NCBI GenBank assembly: GCA_038087875.1
Contig: CM075992.1
Coordinates: 4,404,001 to 4,468,000, forward strand
DNA: 64,000 nt
Direction of reading: 5' to 3'
From: Malacoraja senta
Lineage: Eukaryota
Part shown: one piece after another, positions 1 to 11,887 of the stretch
Position numbering within the stretch: the first letter of the stretch is position 1
Layout: each line of letters starts with the position of its first letter
Translations under genes and position numbers: made by a program
The notes under the pieces: model-generated
Databases searched by the model: none
The model's input: the letters and a program-made list of their open reading frames with translations, nothing else
Told to the model about the DNA's origin: nothing

Positions 1-1
1 G

Positions 2-412
2 ATGTTAAATCGGGAAATATTTACAAAAATTATAACACAATTTGGAATGCCAGATATTGATTTATTTGCATCAAGACTAAACCACCAATTGCCTAAGTAT
101 GTTTCATGGGAACCTGATCCTGGTGCAGTAGCGGTAGATGCTTTCTCGCTAAACTGGGGTGGTATGTTTCTGTATGCTTTTCCACCATTTTGTTTAATCC
201 ACAAATGCATACAGAAAATTAAACAAGATTCAGCCTCAGGGATTTTGGTAGTACCAGATTGGCCTACACAGGTATGGTACCCATTGGTGTTAAAAATGAT
301 CAAAAAAACCCTTATGGTTATTCCAAAGCAGATTAAACTGCTTGTGAACCCTGTGACTAATGAGTCACATCCTTTACATAATCGTATTGGTTTGTTGATT
401 TGCAGATTCTAA
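2..412 (+). CDS. C-terminal end of DIRS pol ORF (N6-adenine methyltransferase-like domain), partial
   Basis: DLFASRLN...DAFSLNW...YAFPPF...LVVPDWPTQVWYP motifs typical of the DIRS1 MT domain; open to stop at 412. Confidence 0.85.
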   Translation: MLNREIFTKIITQFGMPDIDLFASRLNHQLPKYVSWEPDPGAVAVDAFSLNWGGMFLYAFPPFCLIHKCIQKIKQDSASGILVVPDWPTQVWYPLVLKMIKKTLMVIPKQIKLLVNPVTNESHPLHNRIGLLICRF

Positions 413-1395
413 GAAGGCCATATCTTGGAAAAGGATTATCAGACCATACGGTGGATGTTATGACAGCAGCCTGGAGGAATAGTACCCAGAAGCAGTACAT
501 TTCCTATATAAAGAAATGGGAGGAGTTTTGTTCAGTAAAGAATATTGCATATAACACAGTAGACATTTCAGATGTAATAGAGTTTCTTTCAACTCTACAC
601 TATGAATTGAAATTAAGTTATAGTGCAATTAATACTGCACGAAGTGCACTCTCTGCATATTTAAGCAGTGAATTAGAACAAACTCCAATTGGATCACATC
701 CTTGGGTCTGTAGGTTTATGAAAGGAATTTTCAACTCTAATCCTCCCAGACCCAGGTATACAGAAATTTGGAATGTAAAAGATGTACTGATGTTCCTAAG
801 GAGTTGGAATCCAATTGAAACCCTGTCATTATCCAAAATTACCATGAAATTGGTTATGCTCATGGCATTAGTTTCAGCGCAGAGAGTTCAAACATTACAG
901 AAACTCAGAATTGATAGAATGAAAATAGGGCAAAATGCCGTGACATTCTATATCTATGATTTACTGAAGCAAAGTAGACCTGGGTCCACAGGATGCAAGG
1001 TGGAATTTTTAGCATATCCTACAGATTCACGACTGTGTGTAGTAACATATGTGAAATGTTACATAGAAACAACAAAAGTTTTAAGAGGCGCTGAATTGGC
1101 ATTGTTTATTAGTCATAAAAAGCCTCATAAGAAAGTATCGACACAAACAATCTCACGATGGTTGAAACAGGTTTTGAGATATTCAGGTATTGATACTGAT
1201 AAATTTAAATCTCATTCCACCAGGGCGGCATCAACATCAGCGGCCAGGGATTCAGACGTGCCAATAGACCTTATTCTCGCGGCCGCAGGATGGGCAAGTG
1301 AACAGATGTTTCACAAGTATTACCACAAGGAGATTAAAGATCTCAGAGGGTTTGGTGATGCCGTGCTGGATACAGTATTAAATCCCCCATTATAA
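400..1395 (+). CDS. DIRS tyrosine recombinase (YR); first in-frame ATG at 460
   Basis: Uninterrupted 331-codon ORF with catalytic R (SAQRVQ), HSTR, GW and KYY; N-terminal SAM-like region (YSAINTARSALS). Confidence 0.92.
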   Translation: MQILRRPYLGKGLSDHTVDVMTAAWRNSTQKQYISYIKKWEEFCSVKNIAYNTVDISDVIEFLSTLHYELKLSYSAINTARSALSAYLSSELEQTPIGSHPWVCRFMKGIFNSNPPRPRYTEIWNVKDVLMFLRSWNPIETLSLSKITMKLVMLMALVSAQRVQTLQKLRIDRMKIGQNAVTFYIYDLLKQSRPGSTGCKVEFLAYPTDSRLCVVTYVKCYIETTKVLRGAELALFISHKKPHKKVSTQTISRWLKQVLRYSGIDTDKFKSHSTRAASTSAARDSDVPIDLILAAAGWASEQMFHKYYHKEIKDLRGFGDAVLDTVLNPPL

Positions 1396-1554
1396 ATGGG
1401 CCTAATTTTTTTACTTTTATAAAATAAAACCATTAACTGATTACATTCAAATGTTGTGGTTATGCATTGTTGCTTGTGCTTACTCAAATAGAGTCAATCG
1501 ATGCAGTGAACACCTGGATTAAAATCCACGGTGTGAAATCACAGAGCTTTGAAA

Positions 1555-1894
1555 TCTTCACGTAGTCACTCACGTGACTCCGAAGTAAAATAGTAAGATT
1601 AAACGAGAACTTACCAAGTTTGAAGTTTGATCTTTATTTTATGAGGAGTAACGTTGAGGGATTACGTGCCCTCCGCTCCCACCCTCATAAAAAGATCAAG
1701 CTGGTAGTTCTAAGTCTTTATGCATCTTACTATCGTACTTCAGTAATTATCGTCTGTGATTGTCACTCCGCTGTTTTGAATGATTGACGCGTGTGCGGCT
1801 GGACGGGGCTTCTTCACGTAATCCCTCAACGTTACTCCTCATAAAATAAAGATCAAACTTCAAACTTGGTAAGTTCTCGTTTAATCTTACTATT
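1555..1894. repeat. DIRS ICR and right terminus: perfect 80-bp inverted repeat (1589-1668 / 1815-1894)
   Basis: aatagtaagattaaacgagaac...gggattacgtg is the exact reverse complement of cacgtaatccc...cttactatt; the adjacent 1555-1590 segment is complementary to a DIRS 5' end like the one at 18517. Confidence 0.95.
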
Positions 1895-2254
1895 ATAACA
1901 GAACAGGCACATCAGTCCTTGCAATAATCTTGCAGGCTTGAAAGAACAGACAACCCATTGGGATGTTCACTAAAGGGACCACTAGCTTGTTCCATGTGCA
2001 ATTAACCTCTGTAAGGTGAAAGCTGTGGGTATATCAGGTCACAAGAACTGTGGGTACTACTAATAACTAACAAGCCTATTGTCTACAAAGGACCTGAAAT
2101 TAATGTGACTGATTGAATGGATCAAAGGATATTTTATTATGATCAGGTCCAGAACATATCTCCAGTTAATCAAGAAGTAAAACATATATAGGTACACAAA
2201 AATGCTGGAGAAACTCAGCGGGTGTAGCAGCATCTATGGAGCGAAGGAAATAGG

Positions 2255-2283
2255 CAACGTTTCGGGCCGAAACCCTTCTTCAG
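2255..2283 (-). ncRNA. Minimal hammerhead-ribozyme-like motif in PLE pLTR
   Basis: Minus strand CUGAAGA-A-GGGU(UUCG)GCCC-GAAAC-GUU; conserved core, 4-bp stem II, palindromic loop-less stem III; stem I only about 2 bp. Confidence 0.65.
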
Positions 2284-2393
2284 ACTGATAGGGGGTGGGG
2301 AGAAGAAAGGAAAAAAGGTGGAGGAGGAGCCCGAGGGCTGGGGGATGGGAGGAGACAACCAGAGGGCTGATGAAGGGGAGGGGACAGCAAGGG

Positions 2394-3751
2394 CTAGCAG
2401 AGTTGGGAGAATTCAATGTTCATGCCCCCAGGATGTAGACTGCCCAAGCGGAATATGAGGTGCATTTCCTCCAATTTCTGGTGTTGCTCGCTGTGGCCAT
2501 GGAGGAGACCCAGGACAGAGAGGTCAGATATGGAATGGGAGGGGGAGTTGAAGTGCTGAGCCACCGGGAGGTCAGGTAGGTTATTGCGGACCGACCGGAG
2601 GTGTTCGGCGAAACGATCGCCAAGCCTCCGCTTGGTCTCACCGATGTAGATCAGCTGACATCTAGAGCAGCGGATGCAATAGACGAGGTTGGAGGAGATG
2701 CAGGTGAACCTCTGTCGCACCTGGAACGACTGCTTGGGTCCTTGAATGGAATCGAGGGGGGAGGTGAAGGGACAAGTGTTGCATCTCTTGCGGTTGCAAG
2801 GGAAAGTACCCGGGGAGGGGGTGGTACGGGAGGGAAGGGAAGAATTGACAAGGGAGTTACGGAGGGAGCGGTCTTTGCGGAAGGCAGACATGGGGGGAGA
2901 TGGAAAGAGGTGGCGAGTGGTGGGGTCACGTTGGAGGAGGCAAAACTGACGGAGGATCACTTGTTGTATGTGACGGCTGGTGGGATGAAAGGTGAGGACT
3001 AGGGGGACTCTGCCCTTGTTGTGAGTGGGGGCATGGGGAGAGAGAGCAGTGTTGCGGGGTATGGCAGAGACCCTGGTGCGAGCCTCATCTATGGTGGAGG
3101 AGGGGAACCCCTGTCCCCTGAAGAATGAGGACATTTCGGATGCCCTGGTGTGGAACGCCTCATCCTGGGAGCAGATGCGGCGTATACGGAGGAATTGAGA
3201 GTGGGGGATGGAGTCCTTACAGGAAGCAGGGTGGGAAGAAGTGTAGTCCAGATAGCCATGGGAGTCAGTAGGTTTGTAGTGGATGTCGGTATGAAGTCTA
3301 TCACCTGCGATGGAGATAGTGAGGTCAAGGAATGATAGGGAAGTGTCGGAAATGGTCCAGGTGTATTTGAGTGCCGGATGGAAGTTGGTGGTGAAGCGGA
3401 TGAAGTCAGTCAGTTGTGTGTGGGTGCAAGAGGTGGCACCAAAACAGTCATCGATGTAGCGGAGGTAGAGGTCGGGGATGGGGCCCTGGTACGTATTGAA
3501 CAAGGATTGTTCTACGTACCCAACAAAGAGGCAGGCGTAGCTGGGGCCCATGCGTGTGCCCATATCTACGCCTTGTATTTGGAGGAAATGGGAGGAGTCA
3601 AATGAGAAGTTATTGAGGGTTAGGACCAGCTCCGCTAGGCGGAGGAGGGTGTCAGTGGCCGGGTATAGGTTGCTTCTTCGGTCGAGGAAAAACCGGAGGG
3701 CTTCGAGACCATCCTGGTGGGGGATGGAGGTGTACAATGACTGGACGTCCA
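2394..3751 (-). CDS. Penelope reverse transcriptase + GIY-YIG endonuclease, 5'-truncated but uninterrupted
   Basis: DVQSLYTSIP, QIQGVDMGTRMGPSYA, RYIDD, FLDL, CxxxRCxTC and VYCIRCSRCQLIYIGETKRRLGDRFAEH motifs; residues N-terminal of DVQSLY in the ORF track are flanking DNA. Confidence 0.9.
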
Positions 3752-4401
3752 AAAATATATGTTTAGAGATTGAGGAAAAAAATGCTGGTCTAGGATGTAT
3801 TATGTTAAAATTAGGTGACACGGGCCATACAATTATTTTAGGGCAAAATAATCATTGTTTGATTTGCAATTTTTGTCACCTCCTTTGCTCCCCCTCTCTT
3901 TTTCCCCCTGTCCCCTTCCACCTTCCTCTGGCTTCACATTTCACACCCCTTTTATCCTTAAATCTCACACTTCGTGTCTTTTCATCTCTGCCAATCAAAA
4001 CCCCCTCTCACCCAAATGCCAGACTTTGTCCCACTCCAACCTCTCGTGATCAGTTTTGCTAGATCACTTTTGCCTTATCTGAAGTGGAAATTAGCAAAGG
4101 ATGTAACTGGTTTTCTATGTTAGCCAGGGTTTGACAGAGTAAGACGTGGCAGCGATAGACTAAAGAACAAAGATTTAACAAAGTTAGCAGAAAATCCCTC
4201 ATAGATGTTATAATTTGGATTGTGCTGCATGCAAGAATGGTGTAAGCAAATTCAACAGTAACTCCCTAACTGGAATTGGATAAATATTTGAAGAAAAATA
4301 ATTTACAAGGCACAGTGACTAGGGAGTGGGACTAATTAGAATGGAGTCCTCTACTTTGTTATTTCATTCTATGAGTTTATATCAAATGGCTTATTTCTTA
4401 C

Positions 4402-4548
4402 TTCTACATTAAACGGCTGTGCATTTCCAGGTGTATTCACTGTCAGTGAGGTCACTCCGTCAGCATGAGTTTTAGACTTGACATTGAAACCATCGACCTT
4501 CACAGCAACTCGATTGGCAGGAGAACCGTCGGGATTTGCTACATAGAC
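4402..4548 (-). CDS. C3: C3 exon 11 (147 bp) VYVANPDGSPANRVAVKVDGFNVKSKTHADGVTSLTVNTPGNAQPFNVE
   Basis: aag| acceptor, |gtaaga donor, NPDGSPA motif; 85-bp intron to exon 10. Confidence 0.92.
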
Positions 4549-4633
4549 CTTGGGTGACAAAGACGAACAGAATGAATGTCTTCCTTCAGATTTAGCAAAG
4601 ATGCACTGTGAAGGGATAGAAAGGAAACTGTAC

Positions 4634-4749
4634 CATCAAGTCAAAAGGCATCCCAGGCTTGTAATACTTGGAGGTTTTGGAGAAAGAGATTGTATATGGG
4701 CTGCAAACTATTTTTATGTCAGTTTTTTCTGCTTCTACCATGTCACTGC
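4634..4749 (-). CDS. C3: C3 exon 10 (116 bp) (G)[38 protein letters not shown]
   Basis: cag| acceptor, |gtacag donor; KPGMPFDLM motif; size equals human exon 10. Confidence 0.95.
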
Positions 4750-5032
4750 CTGCAATGAATGAGAAAATTGCACAAATAAGTAACAATATATTGAACTACT
4801 TACATTATTGCAATCGTGAAAGATATCTGCTCTGGACTTGCTAAAATTGCAATATTGGCATTATTACTTTATTTTATTATGGCTTGTGGAAGCATTTGGG
4901 CAGCTTCTGCAATCCGCCGGGCCTTCAGGTCTTCGGAGTGGGCATTCTGGGAACAGCTCTTCCACAGTAAACAAGCATTTACTTTAAACAAATGATGCAG
5001 GCACTCAATCTGAAACATTTACCATTCATCAT

Positions 5033-5328
5033 GGCAGCTCAGTGGCCCAGTGGTAGAACTTACGGCACCAGAGACCCCCATTCGATCCTGACCATGGGTG
5101 CTGCCTCCAAGTAGTTTGCATGTTCTCCCTGTAACCTCACTGTTTCCTCCTAGATCCCATAGACATCCAGGTTTGTAGATTAATTGGCTTCTGTAAATTG
5201 CCCGTAATATGTAGAATGCTAAAGTGGGATAACACGGAACAAGTATACGGGTGATTGATGGTCGGCATGGACCTGGTGGGCTGACGGGCCTGTTTCCACA
5301 CTGTATCTTTAAACTAAACAAGCTAAAC
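5033..5328 (+). mobile_element. tRNA-derived V-SINE (HE1-like) with CR1-type 3' tail
   Basis: A/B-box-like head, V-domain agtttgcatgttctccc, tail gggcctgtttccacactgtatc(taaac)n; other copies at about 26790-27060(+), 29395-29541(+), 41517-41890(-), 44607-45142(-), 56175-56475(-), 59640-59865(-). Confidence 0.75.
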
Positions 5329-5489
5329 CATCCCTTTGCCTCCACAGATGTTTCTTTACCTAATGAGTTCCAGCAAATTTTGTTTTATTTACATCAGAAA
5401 ATGTCTTAAATAAAGCATTTTCGTTAATTTAGACAGTTGCTTGATAAATGGGCTTGATGAAACGATTAAACAAAGTATGAATATAATGC

Positions 5490-6001
5490 AATTTTAAAAA
5501 ATGTACAAAAGATATATCTTTGAAAAGTACAGTAATGAGGAAGGAGAATGTAAATCTCACAGATGTTAATGGTGCTTGTTCTTTTTGTTCTTTTCTTGTT
5601 CTTTTTTTCTTAATAGCTTGATTGGAGTAGTTTTATTTGAATTGTCTGTTTAGTTTATTTTATTGAATTTTGCATTTGTTAATGGTGAAGAATGGGGGTA
5701 GGACTTGACAAGCATAGGCTTCTTCCTATCCCTTTTCGAACGAGTGTATTATGTTGAAATTGGCTTTTGATTTTTTAATTTATGTATGTACATATATGTT
5801 ATGTATATGTGTATGTGTGTATATGTGTATATGTATGTATGTATATATGTACATGTATAAGTATGTATGTGTGTATGTATTTATGTATATATATATGTAT
5901 ATATATAATTTTCATTTATTTATTATTCATTTTCATCTTTTCTTTTCTTTTTTTTTTTAATCGTTCGAAATAAAAAGATATCAAATCAAATCAAATCAAA
6001 T
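5490..6001 (+). mobile_element. 3' end of an L2-group (Crack-like) LINE with internal (TA/TG)n microsatellite and (TCAAA)n tail
   Basis: ggggtaggac...cttcttcctatccc stem, aataaa, (atcaa)n tail; family assignment from memory. Confidence 0.45.
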
Positions 6002-6961
6002 GTTTTATTCACTGCAACAAAGAGCAGAGAACCAACTTGGAAATTGCCTGTCAGACAAAAGTTCATGAAAACTAGTAACATCTAACATTCATTTTGTTTG
6101 ATTCAACAAAATGATTGTGCTAAATAAACAAGCTACATATAACGGGGAAAAAAGAACAAGCTTGATCATTTGGATGGTCATTGCTTACTTCGGCTTGTCA
6201 AAATATGTCCAGTCTGCTCTTGATTTCCCGCATCCTTACAGGGAACAGATTAACTAGGTTCAGACTTCTGTCCTTAACATCCATGGCAGGTGGTATGAAC
6301 CACAAAAGGATGTGCCGTACCTCCCGCAATAGAAATATCCATAAGACAATGGATTCTTTTGGGACCCAACTCCTTCATTAACTGTGAGAATGCTGTATAT
6401 CCAAATCAGAGGGGCAATTTTCAGATGGTCTCATTTTGATGAGCCTGTACTATTTGTACTTCAAGGCAGTAGAGGTTGTGTTTTAGAAAACTGAACCATT
6501 TAATAGTTTGATTTGAACACTGGTAATTCAATTCAATCATTTTTTGATATATCTCGTTGCTATATTTTCAGGATAAATTAGTAATGTTTAAAGTACATTC
6601 CTGGACTGCTCCAATAAGCAAAATTATGAAATCCTGACTTGTGGATGTGCACAGTTTCATGGGTCACAAGACTTGCAATTTGAAACTTAAGCGAGTGCAA
6701 AAGTTCATAGGATACACAAATGCAAGCAGCTGTATGGGGAACTCACTCATTTAAATTGGACCTGTCTTTTGCTTTTGTCTCATTGATTGTGACCAGTTGT
6801 GTTGATAACCTGAGAGGAGACTCGACCACTTCACACAGTGCCAGCGAAAGCAAATGCAGGAATACCCAGGCATAGATAGAAAATTAAAGACAAGATCTTC
6901 AAAGATGCTCTCATATGCATTCTTAGATAGTTCTTTAAACTACATTAAGGCACAAACTCAC

Positions 6962-7082
6962 CAGCATGAGTAATAACACTTGCAGTAACATAAATTGAAC
7001 TCCCAACCAGTTCGTCAATGTTTTTGAAGTTTTCAGTCAAGTGCTCCTTTTTCAGGGTGGCTTCTCCACTGCCATCTATAAC
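6962..7082 (-). CDS. C3: C3 exon 9 (121 bp) VIDGSGEATLKKEHLTENFKNIDELVGSSIYVTASVITHA(G)
   Basis: cag| acceptor, |gtgagt donor, phase 0/1, homologous to human IEDGSGEVVL...LVGKSLYVSATVILHSG. Confidence 0.95.
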
Positions 7083-7529
7083 CTGCAAGTACAGAGTTTA
7101 GTTAGTTCTCAATATTCTAGCTGATTTTCTGTGGCAATGCTTATGGTAATTTTTTTAAAGTAAACATTCATGTCACCCCTGAATCTCTCTTACACTGACT
7201 AACTGTTACTCACCCTGTTCCCTTTCCCACACCATTACTTTTCCCATTATTCATTGTAGTTATCCCCCCTATGCTGATTACATCTTTCATTATATTACTG
7301 TGATATTATTTAGTTTGTATATAAAATCAGTAATAACTAAAGAAGTCACCCCAAAAATGCTACTTTAAATAATTAGCTATTTATATTTTACACCAATGAA
7401 ACAATGCTATTGATGCACTTTATAGAGGTCAGTCAACCATTTTGTTTTAAGAATGTCACATTTAATTTGCAGTTGCTGTGCATCGATCATTCATATATGT
7501 TTGTGAATGTAAGAGAAAGATTTATCAAC

Positions 7530-8020
7530 GACATTGCTGAGTATCTCAGTGATGTTAGGAATGAGTAGGTTAACCTATGATGAGTGTTTGTCAGCACTGG
7601 ACCTCTACTTGCTGGAGGTTGGAAGAATGAGGGGGGGAACTCATTGAAATGTAGAGAATAGTGAAAGGCTTGGATAGAGTGGATGTGGAGAGGTTGTTTC
7701 CACTAGTGGGAGAGTCTCAGACAAGAGGTCATTGCCTCAGAATTAAAGGACTAACTTTTAGGAAGGAGATGAGGAGATATTTATTTTGTCAGGGGGTGGT
7801 GAATCTGTGGAATACTTTGCCACAGAAGGCTGTAGAGGCCAGGTCAGAGGATATTTTTAAGGCAGAGATAGATATATTTTCGATTAGTACATGTGTCAGA
7901 GGTTATGGGGAGAAGGCAAGAGAATGGGGTTAGGAGGGAGAGATAGATCAGCCATGATTGAATGGCGGAGTAGACTTGATGGGCTGATTGGCCTAATCCT
8001 AATTTTACTCCTATCACTTA
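7530..8020 (+). mobile_element. CR1 LINE 3' fragment (representative of many copies)
   Basis: MKGLDRVDVERLFPLVGESQTRGH...VVNLWNTLP; similar CR1 fragments at about 11330-11630, 12150-12560, 17600-19410, 19600-20240, 27885-28270, 28470-29245, 46300-47105, 47110-48330(-), 51025-51990, 55200-55620, 59300-59630(-). Confidence 0.85.
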
Positions 8021-8803
8021 ATTTTTATTAAAGTTTATTATTATTATTACTTATGCCCTTATGACATTAGATTAATTATAGTTACAAAAAGTTGATGAAT
8101 CTTTCAAATAAAGGGAGCCATTAGCTAGAGAAATGTTAGTTTGGTTTTTAATATATATTTGTTAATTATAGGTGTTAAGTTGATTTTAGTGTTCAAAAAG
8201 TGTCTTCAACTGCTTAAATACAAAATAATTAATATTTTAAACTTTTCAAACCTTATTTTATGTGGTCCATGAATTACTGAGTAGTTGTGAATATAAAAGG
8301 TAATGCAGGCAAATGGGACTAGCATGGATAGACATCATGTCTGCGTTGACGACTTGAGAAGGCCTATATCTGTGCTGTATAACTACTGTACATGACTCAA
8401 TGACGTTAACATGTTCCTGTTTAATTCCTTAAAATTTGTAATGCCCCAATTTAGCACTTTAACTTGTGGGTGTGTCTAACTTGTGGGCGAATCCAATCCT
8501 TGTCAATAAACATTTTTCCGTCAATATTTAAAACCTCTTAGAATTAAGGTCACTGACCCCAAAGGCCTTCTCCGCTGACACTTGAGTCACTTGCCCTGCC
8601 TCACTACTCCTTAGGAGGTCAAGAGTTGCCCGCTCTCTCTAGTTGGACAATCTGCATATTATTTGAGACAACATTCCTGTGCACTTTTAACAGATTCTGC
8701 CCTAGAGAAGTCCTTTCAACAAAAACAGTCCCAATCAATTTGAGGGGAATTGAAATCACTTACTATTCCCAAAGTTTAGGAAAATCTACCTGTTTGTACT
8801 TAC

Positions 8804-8906
8804 AGGCACTGATTGAAGTGACTTTGCAATGCTCAACTTTTCACCATCTTTCATTATTCCAAACAGGATAAAGGCTCGTCCTTGGACAGGTTTCCCATAT
8901 GTGAAT
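8804..8906 (-). CDS. C3: C3 exon 8 (103 bp) FTYGKPVQGRAFILFGIMKDGEKLSIAKSLQSVP
   Basis: cag| acceptor, |gtaagt donor; YGKPV motif; size equals human exon 8. Confidence 0.95.
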
Positions 8907-9479
8907 CTGTCATGTATAAAACCAGAATAAGAATCTCTACCAAACCAATGTGAATGATCAATTCATGGAATTATGGCAGCATTGCACTCGCATGCCCATT
9001 CTGCCTCACAGTACAGAAATCTTTTAATTCCCATTTCCCCATTAGCCTACAAATTAGTATCTTAACAATGTTCTTTCAACAGCGCTGATTGCTGTAAGAT
9101 TACCCTCTCTATATCTCTTCTCAGATCCCCCTCATATCATTTACCCAAGGTGTTAAATCTGCCTACCATGCACTCGAAACATGCATTGATTGAACAGCTT
9201 TTCTCTGTCCATCTGATTCAAACTAGTTTGGTGATAACTGAATTTCATTCCTCTTTCCTTGAAGAGAATGTCCATCAAACCTTGCAGGTGCAATACTTCT
9301 CTAAACTCAGACCATTCCAGTAAATCATATCTGCACTTCCCTCTGCTTGTCATATATAATCTGCCCAAGGTGTGACAACCAAAGTTGGACATGGTACTCC
9401 TGTGGATAAGTACAGATGTGGATAAACGACTGGTTTATGCAGGTTGGAATTTACCATTTGCCAACATAAAATACATGGT

Positions 9480-9720
9480 GTAGAAACAAAGAACTGCAAA
9501 TGCTGGTTTATACCAAAGATAGACAAAAAGTGCTGGACTCAGCAGGTCAGGCAGCATCTCTGAAGAAAAAGAATGGTTGACGTTCTGGGTTGGGCTCCTT
9601 CATGAAGGGACTTTACAGACCGTTATTCTGAAGATGGGTCCTGGCCCGAAATGCCGCACAACCTTTTTCTGCAGAGATGCTCCCTGACCCACTGAGTTAC
9701 TCCAATACTTCTGTCTACAT
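9480..9720. repeat. Inverted (tail-to-tail) pair of Penelope pLTRs forming a MITE-like palindrome
   Basis: gctggactcagcaggtcaggcagcatctctg...cagagatgctccctgacccactgagttactcc; similar inverted pairs at about 22146-22340, 52600-52790, 60070-60265. Confidence 0.75.
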
Positions 9721-9845
9721 TCAAAATGCATGGTAATTGCCTGATACCAGACATGCACCAGTTATGAATTAATATAATGCCATCAATCAAAGCCAAAAAC
9801 TCCATCATTTTTTACACCGTTTTTCTGTTTGAAGAGAATACCAAC

Positions 9846-9933
9846 CTTGCAGTGATTGTGATGTGCAATTCTTGGTCATCGACATTGAAAAATGGCTGCA
9901 CTGATCCCAAGGTAACTTCAAAGCTTGGCAACA
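9846..9933 (-). CDS. C3: C3 exon 7 (88 bp) (V)LPSFEVTLGSVQPFFNVDDQELHITITA(R)
   Basis: cag| acceptor, |gttggt donor; completes the conserved EYVLPSFEV motif. Confidence 0.95.
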
Positions 9934-11804
9934 CTGGCAAAGATATATCAAGATAAATAATATAGACAAATCCAGGACATAACCAATTAACTTACATATA
10001 TTGCTTCATATCATAACATCCACTTGTCCCAAAACTCTTTACAACAAATGGGTTAATAACTTTTGAAGGGTGTAATAACAACACCAATCACCATTTAAAT
10101 GCAGTCTTTAATCTAACCAAATTTTTCAACTTCAGTCACAATAATGTAATCAAAATGTATTAATGCTGAGTCACATCAGAAGTGATTGGAATTAAAGCAG
10201 AAAATACTGGAGATAGTGGATTCAGTCCCTTTCTCACTTTGATTTCTAGTGGAAGATCGTCAACTTGAAATATTGTTTATCTCTCCATAATTACTGTCTG
10301 ATCTGTTGCCTATGTCCAGAATTTGTGTCTTATTTCAGATTTCCAGCATCCGTGGTATTTTGCTTCAGAGGATATTGGAATAGTTGACCAAAAGCTTGGT
10401 CAAAGAGGTGGATACAGGGCATCACAAAGGATAATGTAAGAAGGTTCAGAGAAGGAACTCCAGAGCTGTAGGATCAACCAACAATGTTGCACAGTTGTGT
10501 TCAAGATGCTCAGGAGTATAGATATCTCAGAGGGGAATAGACCAGGATGTTATGGAACTAGGAGAGTTGAAGTTGGTAAAATATGGAAATAACGATGAAA
10601 ATTTTATAATCTGGTGATTGCATGTCCAAGTGGCATAACAGATTAGAAAACAGAAGGGTGATGTGTGAATAGAAAGGTGCAGGGTAGGACATAGAGACAA
10701 GAACAGCATAACCTAGAGAGCCCATGGTGTCATTAAAGGGGCTAAAAGATTGTTTCTGGTCATCTTTCTGTCACAGGAATGACTCTGAAATTCAATTGTG
10801 ACCAAGGCTCAAGAAAATATGTCACAGATCTGTGGGCAAGGGCAGGGATGGATTGGTGTAGGATGTGAATGCCCAGCACTGAGTCCTTATCTGAAAAGGT
10901 GGCTTCTTAGAGACCCAGGCTTTGGGGTGAGCAAAGATTGAATCTGAAGATCAGGACCTATGATGAGGTACAGTAACTGGGTGGTAGTGATGAGTGTATG
11001 GGTTCAGCACAAGCCACCCTTGAAGGATATCAGGTTGATGATACATAATTAAACATGTTTTTATTGCATTGAGATCACTGCATTGGTACAACAGAAGCCA
11101 TCAAAGAGAAGCATGAGCATTGTGAAATAAATGTTGTTCCACTTGTAACTGATGATGGTTGCATTTTGGAACATGGCGAGTAAAGCTATCACTAAAGCTA
11201 AAGGTCTCATTAATGTGCTGCCGGTTCAAAACGAGTTGTGAGTACCATGATGTGGCATTTTTGATGGGATGTCGGAGGAAGGGAACTACTGGAACATTAA
11301 GAATATAATCAAAAACCTTCAATCAAAAGAGAGCCTAGAACCTGAGGGCACAGCCTCAGAATAAAAGGAAATACCTTCACAAAGTAGAAGAGGAGGAATC
11401 TCTTTAGCCAGATGGTGACAAATCTATGGAATTTATTGTCACAGACAGTGAAGGAATCTGTCAGTGGGTATTTTTAAAGCAGGGATTAAAAGATTCTTGA
11501 TTAATAAAGGTGTCAAAGATTACAGGGGAGGAGACTGGGGTTAAGAGGGAAAACCAGATCAGTCATGATTGAATGGTGGAGTCGACTCAATGGGCTGAAT
11601 GGTCTAATTCTGCTCCTATGTCTCATGCTCTAAAATACTGGCATGTCTTTTGTCAATTGGATGTCAAAGCAAGGTGGAAGAATTATTATATCAAGGTACT
11701 CGGAAATGGGTTTTCACCTCATCATAGCTTTAAACCTTAACTTTTATACCGCAGGAAATTACACCTTTGCTTTTAATTTCATTACACTGATTAATTTTCC
11801 TCAC

Positions 11805-11887
11805 CATATTCTTTCACTTCAAATAGGGTTGTGAAATTTAAGGCGGCAGCATCTTTGTAACTTGCAATAATCTTCCACATTCCAATA
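11805..11887 (-). CDS. C3: C3 exon 6 (83 bp) IGMWKIIASYKDAAALNFTTLFEVKEY
   Basis: cag| acceptor, |gtgagg donor; GxWKI...FEVKEY; size equals human exon 6. Confidence 0.95.

Larger units (their letters stand above)
1..1894 (+). mobile_element. DIRS-type tyrosine-recombinase retrotransposon, 3' half (runs off window start), in C3 intron 11
   Basis: MT-like ORF end followed by an overlapping YR ORF, then an internal complementary region (ICR) and right terminal repeat forming a perfect 80-bp inverted repeat that ends at 1894. Confidence 0.93.
2191..3751 (-). mobile_element. Penelope-like element (PLE), 5'-truncated, with 3' pLTR
   Basis: RT plus GIY-YIG ORF followed by a terminal repeat (2191-2290) shared with many solo copies in the window. 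Confidence 0.93.

Noticed and set aside
400..1395. Phage integrase / bacterial contamination
   Set aside because: Context (MT domain, ICR, vertebrate intron) identifies it as a DIRS tyrosine recombinase
2420..4062. Several overlapping 60-170 aa ORFs
   Set aside because: Alternative-frame or antisense shadows of the Penelope ORF
5751..5973. Y/M/C/V-rich ORFs
   Set aside because: Translations of a (TA/TG)n microsatellite
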